Origin: Anaeromyxobacter sp.
GTDB taxonomy: Bacteria > Myxococcota > Myxococcia > Myxococcales > Anaeromyxobacteraceae
Assembly (NCBI GenBank): GCA_049840735.1
Contig: JASGJN010000011.1
Span: 32,001 to 96,000 of the forward strand
Direction: 5' to 3'
DNA: 64,000 nucleotides
Shown: positions 60,011 to 64,000 of the stretch, piece after piece
How positions within the stretch are numbered: position 1 is the stretch's first letter
Layout of the letters: every line of letters begins with the position of its first letter
The notes under the pieces: generated by a model
The model's input: only the letters and a program-made list of their open reading frames with translations
What the model was told of the DNA's origin: nothing
Databases searched by the model: none
Made by a program: the position numbers and the translations under genes

Positions 60011-61114
60011 CTAGCCCTTCGCCAGCTTCACCAGGGCCGGAGCGATCTCGTCCAGCTCCAGCTGCACCGCCGCGCCGCCCTTCTCCAGGGCCACGCGGGG
60101 CATGCCGAACACCACCGAGCTCTGCGGCCCCTGCGCCGCCGTCCAGGCGCCGCGGTCGCGGAGGACCTTGAGGCCGTCGGCCCCGTCGTCGCCCATTCCG
60201 GACAGGACCAGGCCGGCCGCCGACGGGCCGTACTCGCGCGCCAGCGACTGGAACAGCGCCGTGCCGGAGGGCTTGAACCCGCGCACCGGCTCGCCGGGCA
60301 CGAAGCGCACGAAGCCGCCCGAGGCGCCCATGTGCACGCCGGAGGGGGCCACGTAGGCGACGCCGGGCTTGAGCGCATCGCCGTCGTCCGGGATGCGCAC
60401 GCGCAGGCCGGTCTCGGCCGAGAGCCAGTGGACCAGGCCGGCCTCGAACCCCTCGGCGATGTGCTGCACCACCAGGATGGGGATGGGGTAGCCGCTGGGC
60501 AGGTCGCGGAAGATCTTGGCCAGCGCCGCCGGGCCGCCGGTGGAGGCGGCGATGCCGATCACCCGCGGCGCGGTGGCCGGCAGGAGCGTGATGGCGGCCG
60601 CCGAGCCGGGCGGCGGCAGGGGCTCGCGGGGCGCCGCGGGGACGCCGGGCAGGCCGGGGCCGGGCGGCGGGCGCGCCGCCACCGAGGGGCGGCGGTGGCG
60701 GGTCACCAGCTGGAGGCCCGCCACGGCGCGGACCGCCATCCGGATCTCCTCCGCCTCCTTCTCGAAGCGGCCGGGCACGTCGGCGCGCGGCTTGCCCAGG
60801 ACCTCGACGGCCCCGAACCCCAGCGCCTTGAAGGAGACCTCCTGCTTGTCCGCCCCGGCGCCGGCCTCGGACGACACCACCACGATGGGCGTCGGCCGCT
60901 GCCGCATGATCTCGTCGATGGCGGTCAGCCCGTCCTTGCCGGGCATGCGCACGTCCATCGTGACCACGTCCGGCCGCAGCGCCATCACCTGGGTCACGGC
61001 CTCGTCGCCGTCGGCCGCCTCGCCGATGATCTCGATGTCCGGGGCGCGCCCCAGGATCGTGCGGAGGATGGCGCGGAAGGCCCGCGAGTCGTCTGCGATG
61101 AGGACCTTGATCAT
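60011..61114 (-). CDS. cheB: Chemotaxis response regulator methylesterase
   Basis: Receiver domain + ASTGGP, VQH, GMGDDG, FGMP. Confidence 0.95.
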   Translation of the reverse strand: MIKVLIADDSRAFRAILRTILGRAPDIEIIGEAADGDEAVTQVMALRPDVVTMDVRMPGKDGLTAIDEIMRQRPTPIVVVSSEAGAGADKQEVSFKALGFGAVEVLGKPRADVPGRFEKEAEEIRMAVRAVAGLQLVTRHRRPSVAARPPPGPGLPGVPAAPREPLPPPGSAAAITLLPATAPRVIGIAASTGGPAALAKIFRDLPSGYPIPILVVQHIAEGFEAGLVHWLSAETGLRVRIPDDGDALKPGVAYVAPSGVHMGASGGFVRFVPGEPVRGFKPSGTALFQSLAREYGPSAAGLVLSGMGDDGADGLKVLRDRGAWTAAQGPQSSVVFGMPRVALEKGGAAVQLELDEIAPALVKLAKG

Positions 61115-63726
61115 GTCCGGGCCGGGAGCAGCTGCCGCACCAGCTCGAGGAGCTTACCGCGCTCCACCTCGCGCTTCACGAGGTACCCGTCGGCGCCGGC
61201 CTCCAGGCCGGCGGCGCGGTCCTCGGGGGCGTCGAGGGAGGTCACCAGGATCACCGGCGTGGAGCGCAGCCTGGCGTCCGCCTTGATCTTTCGGGCCAAC
61301 CCCAGGCCGTCGAGCCGCGGCATCTGGACGTCGGAGACGACCAGGGCGGCGCCCGAGGTGCCGAGCAGCTGGAAGGCCTCCTCGCCGTCGGCCGCAGGCA
61401 GCACGGCGTAGCCGGCGATCTCCAGCAGCGTCTTCATGGCGGTGCGGGTGGTGAGCGAGTCGTCCGCCACCACCAGGCGGACGCGCGACGGGCCGGCGGC
61501 GCGGGCCGCCAGCGCCGGCTGCGCCCGGCGCACCAGCTCGGTGGCCGAGAGGACGCCCACCACGCGGCCGTCGTCCAGCACCGCCGCGCCGGCCAGGTGC
61601 GTGACCTTGGAGACGCGCGACCCGAGGTCGCTCACCACCAGGTCCTGCTGCCCCAGCACCTCCTCGATGCCCAGCGCCACGCGCTGCGCGCCGGCCGCCA
61701 CCACCAGCGCCGGGCGGAAGCGGGAGCGCACGTCCGGCGCGGCCGCCGAGAGCCCCATCAGCGGGGCCAGCGGGGCGAAGGGGATTTGCGCGCCGCCCAC
61801 CTTGACGGTGGCGCGGCCGGCCACGGTGCCGATGTCCTTGTCGCTGAGCAGCAGCACCCGGTCCACGGCGTCGGCGGGGAGCGCCGCCACCTCGCGCCCG
61901 AAGCGGAAGAGCAGCGCCGCCGCGGCGGCCAGCGTGAGCGGGACCTCCAGGTCGAAGCGGGTCCCCTCGCCCGGGGTCCAGGCCACGTCCACCGTGCCCT
62001 GCAGCCGGGTCACGGTGTCCTGCACCACGTCCAGCCCGACGCCGCGGCCGGAGATCTCGGTGACCGCGGCCTTGGTGGAGAGGCCGGCGGCGAAGACCAG
62101 CCGCGCCGCCTCGTCGTCGCTCATGCGGGCGGCGGCCTCGGGCGTGACCACGCCCTTGCGCACCGCCGAGGCGCGGACCGCGGCCACGTCCAGGCCGCTG
62201 CCGTCGTCCTCGATCACCACGCCCACGCGCGTGCCGCGCGGCTCGACGCGGACCTTCACGTGCCCCTTGGCCGCCTTGCCCACGGCCCGGCGCCGGTCCG
62301 GCGTCTCCAGGCCGTGGTCCACCGCGTTGCGCACCAGGTGGAGCAGCGGGTCGCGCAGCTCGTCCACCACCCGGCGGTCCAGGCGGACGTCGCCGCCGGC
62401 GATGGTGAGCTCGACCTCCTTGCCCAGGCGGCCGGCCACGTCGCGCACGGCGCGCTTGAGCGGCTCCAGGGCCACGCTGGCCGGGACCATGCGCATGGCG
62501 CGCAGGTCGTCGCGCAGCACGGTGCCGGTCAGCTTCTGGCTGTCCGCGTCGCGCTGGCCGTCGCGGGCCAGCCGGGAGAGCTCGGTGGCCAGCACGCGCA
62601 GCCGGTCCAGCGCCGGCGGCAGCTCGGTGCGGGCGTCGTCCGGCGCGCCCAGCCGCAGCGCCTGGGAGGCGCGCTCCAGCCCGCGCACCACGTCGCGCAG
62701 CGAGGCCTCCGCCTCGCGGATCTCGCGGGCGCGGCGGGCGTGGCGGGCCTCGCCCAGCGCCAGCAGCTCCAGCTGCCGGGTGAGCGAGTCCATGGTGGAG
62801 GTGAGGACGCGGATCGACTTGTCGGCGGCCGGCGCCGCGTGGGCGGCCGGCGCCGGGGCGGCGGCCGGCGCGGCCGGCGCTGCCACCGGGGCCGGGGCGG
62901 GCTGCGCGGCGGCGACCGCGGCCGCCACGGTGGGCGTGCCCTCCGGCGGCGCCTCCAGCGCGGTGCGCAGGTCCACCAGGTCGCCGGCGATGGCGGCGGC
63001 GCCGCGCGCGCCCTCCGGGCCGGCGGCGGCCATGACCGCGAAGGCCTCGGCCACCTTGAGGACCAGCGGCGCGGCCGGGGGCGGCGCCAGCTCGGCCAGC
63101 TTGCGCGCGTCCTCCACCGCCCCCTCGGCGGCGGCGCGGCGGGCGTCGGGATCGAGCGGGCTGCAGAGGTTGGCGCAGGCCTCCTCGAGCTTGTCGAGCA
63201 GCGCCAGCCCGGGGCTGGCCGCCGGCGCCACGGGGGCGTCGGGGGCGCCGGGGGGCGGGCCCAGGAAGACCGAGGGCGCCGGCGGCGCGGCCGGGGCGGG
63301 CGGCGGCGCAGCGGCCGGGGCCGGCTCCTTGCGGTCGGAGGCCCGGACCGGCGCGCCCAGCGCCTGGAGCAGGTCCACGAAGCGCGGCACCACCGGGTCG
63401 GTGCCGGCGTCGCCGGCGGCCAGCGCCTCCTCGATGGCCTGGACCGCGTCCAGCGCGGCCTGCACGCCGGCGCGCGAGATGCCCTCCGCCGGATCGAACT
63501 TCGACAGCGAGCCCTCGATGGCGTGCGCCAGCCGCTCCAGCTCGCCCAGGCCGAGGCTGCCGGCCGAGCCCTTGAGGCTATGGGCGGTGCGCCGGACCAC
63601 GTCCAGCACGCCGGCGCGGGAGGGGTCCTCCTCGAGCTCGAGGACGCCGTCGCTGATGGCCTGGAGGTGCTCGCGCGCCTCGGCCGAGAAGATGGGCCAG
63701 ATCTGCTGCAGCAGCTCGCGTTCCAT
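61111..63726 (-). CDS. cheA: Hybrid CheA-receiver kinase (FrzE/WspE-like)
   Basis: AHSLKG Hpt, HLVRNAVDHG, SGRGVGLD, CheW domain, C-terminal receiver. Confidence 0.95.
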   Translation of the reverse strand: MERELLQQIWPIFSAEAREHLQAISDGVLELEEDPSRAGVLDVVRRTAHSLKGSAGSLGLGELERLAHAIEGSLSKFDPAEGISRAGVQAALDAVQAIEEALAAGDAGTDPVVPRFVDLLQALGAPVRASDRKEPAPAAAPPPAPAAPPAPSVFLGPPPGAPDAPVAPAASPGLALLDKLEEACANLCSPLDPDARRAAAEGAVEDARKLAELAPPPAAPLVLKVAEAFAVMAAAGPEGARGAAAIAGDLVDLRTALEAPPEGTPTVAAAVAAAQPAPAPVAAPAAPAAAPAPAAHAAPAADKSIRVLTSTMDSLTRQLELLALGEARHARRAREIREAEASLRDVVRGLERASQALRLGAPDDARTELPPALDRLRVLATELSRLARDGQRDADSQKLTGTVLRDDLRAMRMVPASVALEPLKRAVRDVAGRLGKEVELTIAGGDVRLDRRVVDELRDPLLHLVRNAVDHGLETPDRRRAVGKAAKGHVKVRVEPRGTRVGVVIEDDGSGLDVAAVRASAVRKGVVTPEAAARMSDDEAARLVFAAGLSTKAAVTEISGRGVGLDVVQDTVTRLQGTVDVAWTPGEGTRFDLEVPLTLAAAAALLFRFGREVAALPADAVDRVLLLSDKDIGTVAGRATVKVGGAQIPFAPLAPLMGLSAAAPDVRSRFRPALVVAAGAQRVALGIEEVLGQQDLVVSDLGSRVSKVTHLAGAAVLDDGRVVGVLSATELVRRAQPALAARAAGPSRVRLVVADDSLTTRTAMKTLLEIAGYAVLPAADGEEAFQLLGTSGAALVVSDVQMPRLDGLGLARKIKADARLRSTPVILVTSLDAPEDRAAGLEAGADGYLVKREVERGKLLELVRQLLPART

Positions 63727-63728
63727 GG

Positions 63729-64000
63729 CTAGTTGCCGCCCCGCGCCACCGGGGCGCCCACGCGAGAGAGATCCAGGAGCGCCAGCCGGTCCGGCGCGAT
63801 CCAGGCGAAGGGGCCCTCGGCCGCGTCGGAGAGCCCGTCCCGCGGGACCTCCAGCCGGCCCTCCAGCTCCTCCGCGGCGAGGCCGAACACCTCGCCGTCG
63901 TGCTCCACCACCACGACCTTCTGCAGGTCGCTCATGCCGCCACCCTCGAGCCCGAGCAGCGCGCGGAGGTCCAGCACCGGCACCACCCGCGTGCGCGCCA
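63729..64000 (-). CDS. cheW: CheW coupling protein, 5' truncated by the window edge
   Basis: R.RVVPVLDLRALLGL, VVV....FGL. Confidence 0.85.
   Translation of the reverse strand, partial: ARTRVVPVLDLRALLGLEGGGMSDLQKVVVVEHDGEVFGLAAEELEGRLEVPRDGLSDAAEGPFAWIAPDRLALLDLSRVGAPVARGGN

Overview
High-GC (roughly 75%, estimated by eye) chromosomal window from an Anaeromyxobacter-like myxobacterium (MYXO-CTERM proteins, TonB-fused receptor, Frz/Wsp-type chemosensory genes). About 50 genes. Housekeeping and energy genes: hypA/hypB, a fused 2-oxoacid:ferredoxin oxidoreductase, ndh, maeB, pyrF, proS, ispG, trxB, DsbA-like, cheWABR. Accessory modules: an MxcH/MxcI-like iron uptake pair, a LarA-family enzyme, an amidase with a tiny Tat-signal partner, two convergent MYXO-CTERM surface proteins, a GbsR/MarR-regulated ABC + LolA-like + outer-membrane operon, and a rhodanese-MCP pair. 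The strongest candidate for an undescribed system is a stand-alone prolyl/pyrrolyl-carrier cassette (acyl-CoA dehydrogenase, adenylation enzyme, carrier protein) coupled to a left-handed beta-helix acyltransferase, with no PKS/NRPS in the window. Two families of REP-like hairpin repeats occur in intergenic regions. I count 16 single-base frameshifts; 14 fall in or next to a reconstructable GATC, so they are most likely methylation-linked sequencing errors, not pseudogenes. No rRNA, tRNA, CRISPR array or transposase was seen. All calls come from motif recognition, not database searches.
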